Source: Bacillota bacterium (GTDB lineage Bacteria; Bacillota; Clostridia; Ch29). Taken from it: a stretch of DNA of 64,000 bases. The notes under the pieces were generated by a model. The model was not told where the DNA came from and ran no database searches. It was given only the letters and a program-made list of their open reading frames with translations. Position numbers and translations under genes: made by a program. Positions within the stretch are counted from its first letter, which is position 1, and each line of letters opens with the position of its first letter. Shown here piece after piece: positions 40,750-51,541 of the stretch. Location: positions 257,022-321,021 of the forward strand of contig JABVCK010000029.1 of NCBI GenBank assembly GCA_013540605.1, given 5' to 3'.

Positions 40750-40830
40750 ATTGCATAAGAAAGTATGCTTTCTTATGCAATAATGGAGTTAATTAAATTC
40801 ATGATCTATCCGATATAATATATAAGTTCT

Positions 40831-40964
40831 TAGTTGGTAGTTGGTAGTTGGTAGTTCGTAGTTCACAGGCGCCCGGGTTAGGCCTTTGGGGTTTTACCGA
40901 AAAACCTTGCCCTGACGTCTGTCATCTATTAATTGGTAACTATACTCTGGTAACTGGTCACTGA
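40831..40964 (+). repeat. Heptamer-array element E1 (TAGTTSG arm, ~46 bp core, CTGNNAN arm)
   Basis: 7-nt periodic units; core is homologous to the reverse complement of 59478-59532. Confidence 0.85.
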
Positions 40965-41104
40965 GTGAATTATTTTTCAATATAGGGTAATAATAGAATC
41001 AAATGATTTATGTCAATTTGTGAAGGGGTCAATGGAGGATTTTTCACCTTCGCGTTGAAGTATACATAAATGTCTATAAACAAACAAAAGGGGAAACGTA
41101 AAAA

Positions 41105-41992
41105 ATGAATGATCTTCTTGAAAAATTTCTTGTCTACATCAAGGAAGTCAGAAAACTATCGGATAATACGGTGGAGTCTTATGGCCGAGACCTGAGGCAG
41201 TACCTGGAGTACATAGGAAACAAGAGAATTCTCAGCCTCAAGAATACAAACAAAACAACCATTATTACATACCTGCTTTATCTTCAGAAGTTAGGGCGCG
41301 CTACCTCTACAATATCAAGAAATCTTGCTTCCATTCGAGCATTTTACCAGTATCTTGTATCTGAAAGGATTATTGATAGGGATCCCACCATTAACCTGGA
41401 GTCGCCAAAGGTAGAAAAAAAGCTTCCTACAATACTGACAAGCAAGGAGATCGAACTTTTGTTGGAGCAGCCTGATTGCAGCGACAGCAAGGGTATCAGG
41501 GATAAATCGATGCTGGAGTTGTTATACGCTACGGGGATAAGAGTATCCGAACTGGTTGCCCTCAACTACTCGGATGTGAATATAGAACTGGGATATATAA
41601 AGTGCTCTAAGAGCAATGAGAAGGAAAGGGTAATACCCGTAGGAACCATAGCCGTTGAAATGCTCGACAAATATATTAATGACATAAGGCCCTCCATGGT
41701 CAGAGACAAGGCAATAAAGGCACTGTACGTAAACTACCAGGGGAAAAGGCTGACGCGGCAGGGCTTCTGGAAAATTATAAAACACTATACAAACAAGGCA
41801 AAGATAAATAAAGACATAACACCCCATACTTTGCGGCATTCCTTTGCGGCGCATCTGCTGGAAAACGGAGCAGATCTGAAATCTGTACAGGAAATGCTGG
41901 GGCATTCCGATATATCAACAACGCAGATATATACGCAGATTACCAAAAACCGCATCAAAGAAGTATACAAAAAGGCACATCCGAGGGCGTAA
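41105..41992 (+). CDS. xerD: Site-specific tyrosine recombinase XerD
   Basis: LLYATGIRVSEL, TPHTLRHSFA, LGHSDISTTQIY; synteny. Confidence 0.93.
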   Translation: MNDLLEKFLVYIKEVRKLSDNTVESYGRDLRQYLEYIGNKRILSLKNTNKTTIITYLLYLQKLGRATSTISRNLASIRAFYQYLVSERIIDRDPTINLESPKVEKKLPTILTSKEIELLLEQPDCSDSKGIRDKSMLELLYATGIRVSELVALNYSDVNIELGYIKCSKSNEKERVIPVGTIAVEMLDKYINDIRPSMVRDKAIKALYVNYQGKRLTRQGFWKIIKHYTNKAKINKDITPHTLRHSFAAHLLENGADLKSVQEMLGHSDISTTQIYTQITKNRIKEVYKKAHPRA

Positions 41993-42072
41993 AGCCCTTT
42001 TTATTTTTTAACCACATTAAAAGTGGTATAATTTAATAGGGGTATGCCATATATTGGAGACATTCTTTTTAT

Positions 42073-42157
42073 CAGTGACCGGTGACCGGTGACTAGCACC
42101 TAGTACCTGTGATCTGCTAGCTACGGACTACCAACTACCAACTACGAACTACGAACT
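42073..42157 (-). repeat. Heptamer-array element E2 (arms only, no core)
   Basis: (C[AG]GTGAC)x3, then CTAGCAC, CTAGTAC, CTGTGAT ... CTACCAA x2, CTACGAA x2. Confidence 0.85.
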
Positions 42158-42179
42158 TAGGAGATGGGAGGGTGAATAT

Positions 42180-43349
42180 ATGATAGGCAGGGTTATATTG
42201 ATTGTAATGGACAGCGTGGGAATTGGAGAACTCCCGGATGCTTGGGAATACGGCGATGAGGGAAGCAATACCCTGGGACATATATACAGCAGTGTGAAGG
42301 GATTTAGGCTGCCGAATATGGAGAGAATGGGATTGGGGAATATTGACGGGATTACTGAAATACCTGGGTGCGAGGAACCGGTCGGATGTTACGGAAAAGC
42401 GGCGGAAATGTCTAAGGGCAAGGATACCACGACCGGCCACTGGGAGATGATGGGAGTAATACTGGATAATCCCTTTCCAACGTATCCAAAGGGTTTCCCC
42501 GGGGATTTGATTATGGAATTTGAAAAACAAATAGGCAGAAGAGTTCTTGGCAATAAAGTTGCGTCGGGAACTGCAATAATTGAAGAACTGGGAGAGGAAC
42601 ATATGGCAACCGGGTTCCCGATAGTTTATACATCCGCCGACAGTGTGTTCCAGATAGCCGCCCATGAGGATGTAATACCCCTGGAGGAGTTGTACAGGAT
42701 ATGCGAGACAGCGCGGGGGTTGCTTGTAGGACAGCACAGGGTTGCAAGGGTCATAGCAAGACCCTTTTCAGGAACCCCCGGCGCCTTTGGCAGAACTTCC
42801 AACCGAAAGGATTATTCGGTTGAACCGCCAAAGAAAACCCTTCTTGACTATGCGGTAGATCAGGGAATAGAAGTGTCAGCCGTAGGCAAGATTGTCGATA
42901 TTTTTAGCGGAAGAGGTATAACCCGTTCTGTGCATACATCGGATAACAGGGATGGTATAGATAAAACAGTTCGCTATCTTGAAACTATCGAGAAGGGAAT
43001 TGTATTTACCAATCTTGTGGATTTTGATATGAGATTCGGACATAGAAACAACGTTGAAGGGTACGCAAAGGCCCTTGTTGAGCTGGACGACGGGTTAACC
43101 TTGATTATGGACAGGATGGGCGACGGGGATATACTCATAATTACGGCTGACCATGGCTGCGACCCGACAACCGAAAGCACAGATCATTCCAGGGAATTCG
43201 TGCCGATACTTGTGTATGGGAAAAAGGCAAAGAGAGGCAATAACCTGGGTATAAGAAAATCCTTCTCGGACATAGGTGCAACAGTGGCAGATGTTTTGGG
43301 TATCAAGAACTACAGCCAGGGTGTGAGCTTTAAAGAAATAATCCTATAA
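42180..43349 (+). CDS. deoB: Phosphopentomutase
   Basis: [38 protein letters not shown]. Confidence 0.97.
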   Translation: MIGRVILIVMDSVGIGELPDAWEYGDEGSNTLGHIYSSVKGFRLPNMERMGLGNIDGITEIPGCEEPVGCYGKAAEMSKGKDTTTGHWEMMGVILDNPFPTYPKGFPGDLIMEFEKQIGRRVLGNKVASGTAIIEELGEEHMATGFPIVYTSADSVFQIAAHEDVIPLEELYRICETARGLLVGQHRVARVIARPFSGTPGAFGRTSNRKDYSVEPPKKTLLDYAVDQGIEVSAVGKIVDIFSGRGITRSVHTSDNRDGIDKTVRYLETIEKGIVFTNLVDFDMRFGHRNNVEGYAKALVELDDGLTLIMDRMGDGDILIITADHGCDPTTESTDHSREFVPILVYGKKAKRGNNLGIRKSFSDIGATVADVLGIKNYSQGVSFKEIIL

Positions 43350-43364
43350 GCGAGGTAAGAAAAT

Positions 43365-44672
43365 ATGAGAATGTATGACATAATAAAGAAAAAAAGAGAT
43401 GGGGGTCCCTTAACCGGTGAGGAAATAAGATTCTTCGTGGACGGTTATGTTAAGGGGGATATTCCTGATTACCAGGCTTCCGCATTATTGATGGCCATTT
43501 TTTTCAACAGGCTTAACAGGGATGAGACGGCTGTATTGACGCAAGCGATGGCAGATTCCGGTGAGAGTATAGACTTATCATCGGTTAAAGGGATAAAAGT
43601 GGATAAGCATAGTACAGGGGGTGTGGGGGATAAAACCTCCCTGGTGCTCGCACCATTGGTTGCAGCAGCGGGAATACCCGTGGCAAAAATGTCCGGTAGG
43701 GGGTTAGGTCATACCGGAGGTACGATTGACAAACTGGAATCCATACCCGGGTTTAAGGCAGAGATGACAAAGGCCGGTTTTATTAAATCGGTAAACAGCA
43801 TTGGTGTGGCTATAATCGGCCAGACAGGTGATATTGCTCCTGCGGACAAAAAACTTTACGGGCTTAGGGATGTAACGGCAACGGTTGATGATATTTCCCT
43901 CATTGCCAGCAGCATAATGAGCAAGAAACTTGCAGCGGGAGCGGATTGCATCCTGCTGGATGTAAAGGTAGGCAAGGGAGCCTTTATGAAGTCCATGGAC
44001 CAGGCCAGAAAGCTGGCGGAGGTGATGGTGGAGATTGGCAGGGCGGCTCACAGGGAAACCATTGCTGTTATTAGTGATATGGAACAACCTTTGGGTTTCG
44101 CCGTAGGAAATGCGCTGGAGGTTAAGGAAGCCATAGAAACGTTGAAAGGAGAAGGGCCGGAGGATTTTGATAAATTGTGCCGGGAGCTGGGGACACTAAT
44201 GCTGGTGCTTGGAGGAATAACCAGGGATACCTCCGAAGCAAGGGCTATTGTGGATGATTTGATTGCGAGCGGCAGAGCCCTTAACAAGTTCAGGGAATTC
44301 GTCCGAAATCAAGGCGGGGACCCGGAGGTAGCTGACAGGCCGGAAGAAATCCTGCCTATTGCCAAGGATACAGTTAGGATAGCTGCGGATAGGGAGGGGT
44401 ATATCAGTGAACTGCGGGCGGAAGAAATCGGGATATGCGCGATGCACCTAGGCGCGGGAAGGGCTAACAAGGAAGATACGATTGACCCGTCGGTGGGGAT
44501 TGTGATGAACAGAAAGGTTGGAGATTTTGTGAGAGAAGGGGACAGTATCGCAACCCTGTATGTTAACAGAAAGGATAATCTGGATACGGTGATCGACATG
44601 TTCCGGTCATCAATTGGGATTTCAGCGACGCCCGTTTCCAGGATCGAGATAATAAAGGAGATAATCAGATAG
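43365..44672 (+). CDS. pdp: Pyrimidine-nucleoside phosphorylase
   Basis: [30 protein letters not shown]. Confidence 0.96.
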   Translation: MRMYDIIKKKRDGGPLTGEEIRFFVDGYVKGDIPDYQASALLMAIFFNRLNRDETAVLTQAMADSGESIDLSSVKGIKVDKHSTGGVGDKTSLVLAPLVAAAGIPVAKMSGRGLGHTGGTIDKLESIPGFKAEMTKAGFIKSVNSIGVAIIGQTGDIAPADKKLYGLRDVTATVDDISLIASSIMSKKLAAGADCILLDVKVGKGAFMKSMDQARKLAEVMVEIGRAAHRETIAVISDMEQPLGFAVGNALEVKEAIETLKGEGPEDFDKLCRELGTLMLVLGGITRDTSEARAIVDDLIASGRALNKFREFVRNQGGDPEVADRPEEILPIAKDTVRIAADREGYISELRAEEIGICAMHLGAGRANKEDTIDPSVGIVMNRKVGDFVREGDSIATLYVNRKDNLDTVIDMFRSSIGISATPVSRIEIIKEIIR

Positions 44673-44745
44673 TGTATATCTTCGTGGAAAAGTGAATATT
44701 CAATGGATATGATTTAACCAGGACCGCATAGGCGGTCTTTTTTTT

Positions 44746-44775
44746 GAATAACAATATTTTGTAATGGTTAACCTA
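44746..44775 (+). promoter_or_regulatory. Putative sigma-F/G promoter of dacF
   Basis: GAATA-15 nt-GGTTAACCTA. Confidence 0.55.
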
Positions 44776-44805
44776 ATAACGAATTACTGTTTTGGAGGGA
44801 CGAAT

Positions 44806-45966
44806 ATGAAAACTAAACCACTCAGATATGCCGTTTTATTAATAATCATTGCCATATCACTATCATGCACGGCGTTTGCGCAGGAGATAAGTATCGATGC
44901 AGGCGGGGCTGTACTTATAGACGCTTCAGGCGGTAGAGTTCTTTTTGAACAGGATGCGCACAAAAAATTGTATCCTGCCAGTGTAACAAAGATAATGACC
45001 CTGTTGATTGCAATGGAAAAGCTGGACGAAGGGCAGATCGGTCTTGAGGACCGGGTTGTAATAAGCAATAATGCGGCTAATATGGGAGGAAGCCAGCTTT
45101 GGATGGAGCCGGGGGAGGTTAAAACGGTTGAGCAATTGCTCAAGGCTATAGCTGTGGCCTCTGGAAACGATGCAAGCGTTGCCCTTGCCGAACATATCGC
45201 GGGAACCCACGAGGCTTTCGTTCAGATGATGAACCAGAGAGCGAAAGAACTCGGCATGGAGAATACCAACTTTGTGAACTGCCACGGACTGCACGATGAA
45301 AACCATTATACGACTGCATACGATGTTGCATTGATGTCAAGGGAACTGGTGAAGCACAAGAAGATATTCGAATTGACAACCATATGGATGGAAGACATTG
45401 ATGTTGGTAAAGAAGGAAGGTTCAAAACCTTCACTATGGTAAATTCAAACAAGCTTCTCAGAAGATACGAAGGTGTTGACGGTTTGAAAACAGGCTCCCA
45501 TTCGCAGGCCAAGTACTGTCTCTCAGCTACAGCCGTAAAGGGCAGCCTGAGGCTGATCGCGGTGGTTATGGGCGCGCCGACATCAGAAATCCGTTTTGCG
45601 GAATCAGCAAAACTGTTAAACTACGGATTTGCACGGTTCAATTCTGTTCCCATTGCCAGCAAGGACGACGTGATTAACCAGTTGAAGGTGTCTAAGGGGA
45701 AAGAGAAGGAGATAAACGTAAAACCAGGCACCGACGTTAACATACTTGTAATTAAAGGGCAGGAAAGCAGCCTTGAAAGGGAAGTTGTGCTCCCCAAAAC
45801 CATAAAAGCGCCCGTGAAGGAAGGCGAGAGGGTAGGGGAAATGCTGATAAAACAGGATGGACAGGTTATAGACAGGATTGAACTGATTTCAGATAGGACT
45901 GTAGAGAAGGCAGGTTTCTTTGAAATGCTCAAGAGATTGATAGTGGACTGGGTCGTACCCGAATGA
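44806..45966 (+). CDS. dacF: D-alanyl-D-alanine carboxypeptidase DacF
   Basis: PASVTK, SGNDA, GLKTG; follows pdp. Confidence 0.88.
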   Translation: MKTKPLRYAVLLIIIAISLSCTAFAQEISIDAGGAVLIDASGGRVLFEQDAHKKLYPASVTKIMTLLIAMEKLDEGQIGLEDRVVISNNAANMGGSQLWMEPGEVKTVEQLLKAIAVASGNDASVALAEHIAGTHEAFVQMMNQRAKELGMENTNFVNCHGLHDENHYTTAYDVALMSRELVKHKKIFELTTIWMEDIDVGKEGRFKTFTMVNSNKLLRRYEGVDGLKTGSHSQAKYCLSATAVKGSLRLIAVVMGAPTSEIRFAESAKLLNYGFARFNSVPIASKDDVINQLKVSKGKEKEINVKPGTDVNILVIKGQESSLEREVVLPKTIKAPVKEGERVGEMLIKQDGQVIDRIELISDRTVEKAGFFEMLKRLIVDWVVPE

Positions 45967-45975
45967 TAAGAGCAG

Positions 45976-46025
45976 GCAAATGATAAACCACCCGTTTTAC
46001 GTTTTACGGGTGGTTTATCATTTGC
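45976..46025. terminator. 20-bp perfect stem hairpin after dacF
   Basis: GCAAATGATAAACCACCCGT / ACGGGTGGTTTATCATTTGC. Confidence 0.7.
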
Positions 46026-46085
46026 GTATCATTAAATATATGGTAGAATAAAAATATTGGATAAAACCGCGATGGGGCGTCGATT

Positions 46086-47336
46086 ATGGAGAAGATGAAA
46101 AGGATTATAAAAGACCGGCTCCCGGCTGAACTGCAGAAGGTTTTGCAGGATGTCAATGCCGATGTAAAGGATATGGGATACAGGGCATATCTTGTCGGCG
46201 GAGTTGTCAGGGATGTTTTGCTCGGCAACAGAATTGAAGACCTTGACATCGTTGTAGAGGGAGATGCCGTAGAGGCAGCGCGCATTATCGGGGGCAAGTA
46301 TGGCAGTGCCGTTAAGGTTCACAACCGATTTAAAACAGCGACGGCTACTATAGGGCAGAGATGGAAGGCTGATTTTATTACCGCGCGGGAAGAGATATAC
46401 GCAGCTCCCGGCGCCCTCCCGGATATACGCCCGTCCTCCCTCTACAACGATTTGTTTAGACGGGACTTCACGATAAATACCCTCGCAGTATCCCTTGACG
46501 ATTATACCCTGATAGATTATTTCAGGGGATTGGAGGATATTAAGGATAGAAAACTGCGGGTGCTTCACGATAAAAGCTTTATTGACGACCCCACCAGAAT
46601 ATTCAGGTGTTTAAGATTTGAGACACAGCTCCGTTTTGAAATCGAAACAAAAACCAAATCACTGCTGGTGGAAGCGATAGACGCCGGTTTCCCTTTACTA
46701 TTAAGTATTGACCGCCTCAGTAACGAATTTGAACGCTTGTTTGCTGCGAACGAATTTGGCAGAATATTTTTGCGTATGCATGAACTCGGCATCCTTGAAC
46801 AGCTGTTCGATACTGAGTACTCCATTGATAATGTGTGCGAGTTATTGAAAAATGCCCCTGTTCGAGGATGTGAAAGAAAGACGTATATTGCTTTAACGTT
46901 GTTCGATAGTATTGACAGCAAACTGCTGGGATTGATACTTCACAAATATAAGAAGTATTACGAACAGCTTAGCTGCTTAAGAAGAAAGAGGCAGGATATA
47001 TGGAGAAACCATGGGAGCGAGAAACTTGATTTTTCCGAACTTTACGAGCTTTTCAAAAGCGTGGACATGGCAGTGATCAAGTTCCTGATGACGGTGGAAG
47101 ATGAGGCGTTTCAGAAATGCGCGAAGGAATACTGCGAAAAGGTTGTTCGATTCCCTATGCACATAAGCGGAGAAGATTTAAAGGCTCTGGGCTTCGAGCC
47201 GGGCCCTGATCTAGGTGAGATGCTTGAAAGGGCTAAGAAGCTGATTCTTAAAAACAGGATAGAAGGAAAGGATGACCAGATAGAGTATTTAAGAAGTATG
47301 GTAAAAGGGAGTGGTGAACAATGGGATAGGGCTTAG
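46086..47336 (+). CDS. tRNA nucleotidyltransferase (CCA / A-adding type)
   Basis: VGGVVRD, DLDIV, DLFRRDFTIN, SFIDDPTRIFR. Confidence 0.9.
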   Translation: MEKMKRIIKDRLPAELQKVLQDVNADVKDMGYRAYLVGGVVRDVLLGNRIEDLDIVVEGDAVEAARIIGGKYGSAVKVHNRFKTATATIGQRWKADFITAREEIYAAPGALPDIRPSSLYNDLFRRDFTINTLAVSLDDYTLIDYFRGLEDIKDRKLRVLHDKSFIDDPTRIFRCLRFETQLRFEIETKTKSLLVEAIDAGFPLLLSIDRLSNEFERLFAANEFGRIFLRMHELGILEQLFDTEYSIDNVCELLKNAPVRGCERKTYIALTLFDSIDSKLLGLILHKYKKYYEQLSCLRRKRQDIWRNHGSEKLDFSELYELFKSVDMAVIKFLMTVEDEAFQKCAKEYCEKVVRFPMHISGEDLKALGFEPGPDLGEMLERAKKLILKNRIEGKDDQIEYLRSMVKGSGEQWDRA

Positions 47337-47949
47337 AAACATTTTCTTTACCTTACCTGCAATCATTATTGTATTAAGTGTTCATGAGTACAGCCATGCC
47401 AAGGTTGCCGACCTTTTAGGCGACCCAACGCCAAGGAACAGGGGAAGATTGACCCTTAACCCCTTAGCCCATATCGACCCCTTGGGGCTGCTTATGCTTG
47501 TGCTTGTCAGGCTGGGTTGGGCAAAACCCGTACCGACGAATCCAATGTATTATAAGGACCGGAGAAAAGGTACGCTCTATGTATCGTTAGCAGGCCCGCT
47601 GTCAGGCGTTGTACTGGCATTGATTGCGGCGATCCTGCTTGCAGTAAGGTTTCGGTTGGCGTTGGATGTCCCTCTCTGGGTCATTGATTTTCTCAAATCG
47701 ATATACCTGTACGGGCTGATTATTGCGGTGTTCAACCTGATTCCGGTTTATCCGCTGGACGGCTCGAGAATACTGGGCAGCTTGCTGCCTCCCAAAACGG
47801 CATATTCTTTGCAGCAAAACCAGGACAAAATTCAGATTGTCTTTTTGCTGGTGGTTTTTCTGGGGAACAGGCTGCTGTGGGCTGTTCTAAACCCGGTAAT
47901 CGGGATTCTTGATTTTATTATCCAGAGTATTACCAGCTTGATTTATTGA
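47311..47949 (+). CDS. Site-2 protease (M50) family protein
   Basis: HEYSH, LGDPTP, GWAKPVP, FNLIPVYPLDG. Confidence 0.92.
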   Translation: MVNNGIGLRNIFFTLPAIIIVLSVHEYSHAKVADLLGDPTPRNRGRLTLNPLAHIDPLGLLMLVLVRLGWAKPVPTNPMYYKDRRKGTLYVSLAGPLSGVVLALIAAILLAVRFRLALDVPLWVIDFLKSIYLYGLIIAVFNLIPVYPLDGSRILGSLLPPKTAYSLQQNQDKIQIVFLLVVFLGNRLLWAVLNPVIGILDFIIQSITSLIY

Positions 47950-47997
47950 TATTTTTTTGCTTTAAATATATAATAACTAAAAATAGATTTTACAAAA

Positions 47998-48115
47998 GGG
48001 GACATTCCGCGGCAAGGAATACATCGGGGACATTCCTCCCCCCCAGAGCTATGCTTCAAAGAGGAGGTGTGTCCCCATAACTTAAAGCAGCGGTGTGTCC
48101 CCTTACATTAATAAG
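47998..48115. repeat. REP-like cluster: GGGGACATTCC x2 facing GGTGTGTCCCC x2
   Basis: Nested inverted copies upstream of trpS; 20-bp identities at 22133 and 62371. Confidence 0.75.
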
Positions 48116-48126
48116 GAGGAATAAGA

Positions 48127-49113
48127 ATGTCTAAAGGCACAATAATGAGCGGTATGAGACCGACCGGGAAACTGCATCTCGGCAATTATTTCGGAGCCCT
48201 TGAAAACTGGGTAAGGCTGCAGAATGAGTATAGGAGCTATCATGCCATAGTGGATTGGCATGCCCTAACTACCGCTTATGAAGACACAAGCGAGCTTCAG
48301 GATAACATCATGGAAGTGGCTTTAGACTGGCTGAGTGCCGGGCTGGACCCGAACAAATGCACAATATACATCCAGTCCGATGTAAAAGAAATAGCGGAGC
48401 TGTTCCTGCTCCTTTCAATGGTAACCCCGGTATCCTGGCTGGAGAGATGCCCGACTTATAAGGACCAATTGAAGCAGTTGGAAGGGAAAAATATAGCAAA
48501 TTTTGGATTCCTCGGATACCCATGCCTTCAGGCAGCAGATATATTGATTTTTAAAGCCCAGTACGTGCCTGTGGGTGAAGACCAGATACCTCACCTTGAA
48601 CTTAGCAGGGAAATTGCCAGAAGGTTTAATTATCTGTACGGTGAAACGCTTCCGGAACCCGAGGCGCTGCTAACCGAGGCAAAGGTATTGCCCGGCCTTG
48701 ATGGGAGAAAGATGAGCAAGAGCTATAACAATGCAATATACCTGTCGGACAGCGAGGATGAAATAAGAAGCAAGGTTAGTCAAATGATAACCGACCCGCA
48801 GAGGATAACAAAGACCGACCCGGGGAATCCGGACATTTGCTCGGTGTACGCGTTCCATAAGGTCTTTACTGAACTGGCAGACCTGAAAGAAACCGAAGAG
48901 GCCTGCAGGGGAGGAAAAGTAGGGTGTGTTGCCTGCAAAAAAAGGATGGCGGAAAACCTGGTAAAATTCCTGGAACCGATAAGGACTAAAAGGACTGAAC
49001 TGGAAGCCAATCTTGATGATGTAAGGGATATTCTGGACACGGGTGCAAAAAAGGCCAGGGAAGAGGCAAAGATTACGGTTCAAGAGGTTAGGGAAAAAAT
49101 GAACCTTAAATAA
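48127..49113 (+). CDS. trpS: Tryptophan--tRNA ligase
   Basis: SGMRPTGKLHLGN, VPVGEDQ, KMSKS. Confidence 0.97.
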   Translation: MSKGTIMSGMRPTGKLHLGNYFGALENWVRLQNEYRSYHAIVDWHALTTAYEDTSELQDNIMEVALDWLSAGLDPNKCTIYIQSDVKEIAELFLLLSMVTPVSWLERCPTYKDQLKQLEGKNIANFGFLGYPCLQAADILIFKAQYVPVGEDQIPHLELSREIARRFNYLYGETLPEPEALLTEAKVLPGLDGRKMSKSYNNAIYLSDSEDEIRSKVSQMITDPQRITKTDPGNPDICSVYAFHKVFTELADLKETEEACRGGKVGCVACKKRMAENLVKFLEPIRTKRTELEANLDDVRDILDTGAKKAREEAKITVQEVREKMNLK

Positions 49114-49128
49114 TTGGAGTGGGAACAA

Positions 49129-49875
49129 ATGACCTATAGGGTAAAACTGGAAGTGTTTGAAGGTCCCTTTGACCTGCTATTCCACCTCATAGAGAAGAAT
49201 GAGGTGGATATTTATGATATTCCCATTGCGGAAATCACTGCCCAGTACCTGCAATATTTAGAGGATATGAGGTATTTTGACATTGAGGTGGCTAGCGAAT
49301 TTCTTGTAATGGCAGCTACCCTTATCCAGATTAAATCAAGGATGCTGCTCCCGCAGCAGGAGGAAGACGGTACGGAGGAGGATATCGACCCAAGGCAGCA
49401 GTTGGTTGAAAGGCTGATTGAATACAGAAAATACAAGGGCATTACAGAAGAACTGAAAAAGAGAGAGGACAAGTATCAACTTCTTCTCTTCAGGGAACCG
49501 TCGCCTGTAGAGAGCTACGTGGACTACGAGCCAATATTGATAAATATTGATATTTCAGACCTGTGCAAGGCCTTTGATAGCGTAATGAAGAGATACAGCA
49601 GCCTGTACAATGAGGATACCGGCCTGGAAAGAAGTATACGCAGGGAAAGCATCACGGTCGTCGACAAAATCAAATATATCACGAACAGGCTTAGATACGA
49701 AAAAGAGGTTCTGTTTCAAAGCCTGTTCGGTGATGGAGAAACCCGGGAAAGCATAGTCGTAACTTTTTTGGCAATGCTTGAATTAATCAGGCTCAAAAGG
49801 ATAATGGTTGAGCAGAGGAATACTTTTGGCGATATTATTATTAGAAATAGGAAAACAAAGGCTGGAGATAAGTAA
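49129..49875 (+). CDS. scpA: Segregation/condensation protein A
   Basis: FEGPFDLLFHLI, EFLVMAATL, VTFLAMLEL. Confidence 0.96.
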   Translation: MTYRVKLEVFEGPFDLLFHLIEKNEVDIYDIPIAEITAQYLQYLEDMRYFDIEVASEFLVMAATLIQIKSRMLLPQQEEDGTEEDIDPRQQLVERLIEYRKYKGITEELKKREDKYQLLLFREPSPVESYVDYEPILINIDISDLCKAFDSVMKRYSSLYNEDTGLERSIRRESITVVDKIKYITNRLRYEKEVLFQSLFGDGETRESIVVTFLAMLELIRLKRIMVEQRNTFGDIIIRNRKTKAGDK

Positions 49876-50417
49876 TGGACAAAAAGGAATTCAAAGGCAT
49901 TATCGAAGCGCTGCTCTTTGTTTCGGGAGACCCCGTCAGCATCCGGGACCTGGCCGGAGCGCTGGAGATTGAGCAAAAAGAAGTTATGGAAATAATTAGA
50001 GAGATGAAAGACCAGTACAATTTTGAGAGAAGGGGAATACAGATTATTGAAGTGGACGGCCATTTTCAACTGGCTACCCGCCCTGAACATTTTGAATTCA
50101 TACAGAGGCTGTACTCGCCTCAGAGAAAACAGGGATTGTCGCAGGCCGCTCTGGAAACTCTCGCTATAATTGCTTACAAACAGCCGATAACAAGGGCGGA
50201 GATCGATACAATCAGGGGTGTGCAGTCAGATAAAGCCCTTTATACCCTGTCTGAGCGAAAATTGATACAGGAAGTGGACAGGCTTGATACCGTGGGACGG
50301 CCTATTCTATACGGTACTACCATTGAGTTTCTAAGATACTTTGGTTTCAAATCGATCGATGACCTGCCCCAGCTGCTTGAAGAGCAGATAACCTACCTGG
50401 ACGAAAATACACGCTGA
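49875..50417 (+). CDS. scpB: Segregation/condensation protein B
   Basis: LSQAALETLAIIAYKQP, GRPILYGTT. Confidence 0.97.
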   Translation: MDKKEFKGIIEALLFVSGDPVSIRDLAGALEIEQKEVMEIIREMKDQYNFERRGIQIIEVDGHFQLATRPEHFEFIQRLYSPQRKQGLSQAALETLAIIAYKQPITRAEIDTIRGVQSDKALYTLSERKLIQEVDRLDTVGRPILYGTTIEFLRYFGFKSIDDLPQLLEEQITYLDENTR

Positions 50418-50420
50418 AGC

Positions 50421-50450
50421 GTGTATTTTTTTACTTTGGAGGCAAAAATA
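50421..50450 (+). promoter_or_regulatory. Putative sigma-F/G promoter of ytfIJ
   Basis: GTGTA-15 nt-GGCAAAAATA. Confidence 0.5.
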
Positions 50451-50485
50451 TACTTGAGCAGCCAGGAAGCGGGAGGTTATCTGAT

Positions 50486-51130
50486 TTGGGCTATCTTAGA
50501 TATGTTTTTTTATTGTGGGTGGTTTCTTTAATACTTATACCGTTTACGAGCATCACCATAAGAGTAACCTATCTTAGAGATGGCAGCGATGATGAGTTGA
50601 TAGCGATAGTAGCCGGCCTGTTCGGCCTGGTAAATATAAAAAGAGAAACCAACCTGATTAAGCTGATGATGTCCCTAACGTCAGGTGTGGAAATGGAACA
50701 TGAAATCGAGGCAACGAAAAAAGGCAGACCGATAAAAGAAAGCAGCAGCTTTTTAAACTATAAAGAGGCTGTATGGGAATTCCGAAGGGCTTTGCGGCTG
50801 TATAGAAGATACAGAAAAGCTATTGACTTTCTCAGGGAAAGAATAACGGTTAAGGAACTGAGCTGGGAAACATCTCTGGGAACAGGAGATGCGGCTGTCA
50901 CAGGAATGGCCGTTGGATTGATGTGGACGCTTAAGACGGCTGTCATAAGTATACTGGACACCAGACTCAGGAACCTAACGTTGGGAGCCGTAGAGATCAC
51001 TCCCAGTTTCGACTGTGCAAAATTCAGAACTAAATTTGACTGTATATTAAGATTTAAAATCGGTCATGCTATAATTGCGTCGATCATTATTATCACAGCA
51101 ATTTTAAAGGATGGTGATACCTATGAGTGA
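50486..51130 (+). CDS. ytfI: DUF2953 (YtfI-like) sporulation protein
   Basis: GTGDAAVTGMAVG motif; upstream of ytfJ. Confidence 0.8.
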   Translation: MGYLRYVFLLWVVSLILIPFTSITIRVTYLRDGSDDELIAIVAGLFGLVNIKRETNLIKLMMSLTSGVEMEHEIEATKKGRPIKESSSFLNYKEAVWEFRRALRLYRRYRKAIDFLRERITVKELSWETSLGTGDAAVTGMAVGLMWTLKTAVISILDTRLRNLTLGAVEITPSFDCAKFRTKFDCILRFKIGHAIIASIIIITAILKDGDTYE

Positions 51131-51539
51131 GCATCCGATTGAAGCTTTGATGAAAACAACGATGGAGAGTCTCAAAGAGATGGTGGATGTCAATACAATT
51201 GTCGGTGATCCTGTGGAAACCATGGATGGAACTGTAATTGTACCTATATCAAGGGTTGCTTTGGGGTTTGCATCCGGGGGAGGAGAATACCAAAAAAAAG
51301 CGGAGGAAAAAGAGCAAGGAGGCGGAAAGCTGCCCTTTGCCGGGGGAACCGGTGCCGGAGTTTCAGTTCAGCCGGTGGCGTTTATGGTGGTGGGGAAGGA
51401 ACACATAAAGTTGTTACCCGCAAACAGCAGCGGAATGGTCGAAAGGCTCATAGAAATGGCTCCGCAGTTAATAGAGGATTTGCAGAGTTCCTTTAAAAAG
51501 GTAAAAAACAACATGTCAAAATCTGAAACTGAACATTGA
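51123..51539 (+). CDS. ytfJ: GerW/YtfJ-family sporulation protein
   Basis: HPIEALMKTTM, DVNTIVGDP, FAGGTGAGVSVQP. Confidence 0.93.
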   Translation: MSEHPIEALMKTTMESLKEMVDVNTIVGDPVETMDGTVIVPISRVALGFASGGGEYQKKAEEKEQGGGKLPFAGGTGAGVSVQPVAFMVVGKEHIKLLPANSSGMVERLIEMAPQLIEDLQSSFKKVKNNMSKSETEH

Positions 51540-51541
51540 TA

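Noticed and set aside
41105..41992. Tyrosine recombinase as the integrase of a mobile element
   Set aside because: Sequence and the spoIIM/deoB context fit housekeeping XerD.
47950..48126. Trp T-box upstream of trpS
   Set aside because: No GGTGGNACC motif or terminator; the gap is short and filled with REP-like repeats.
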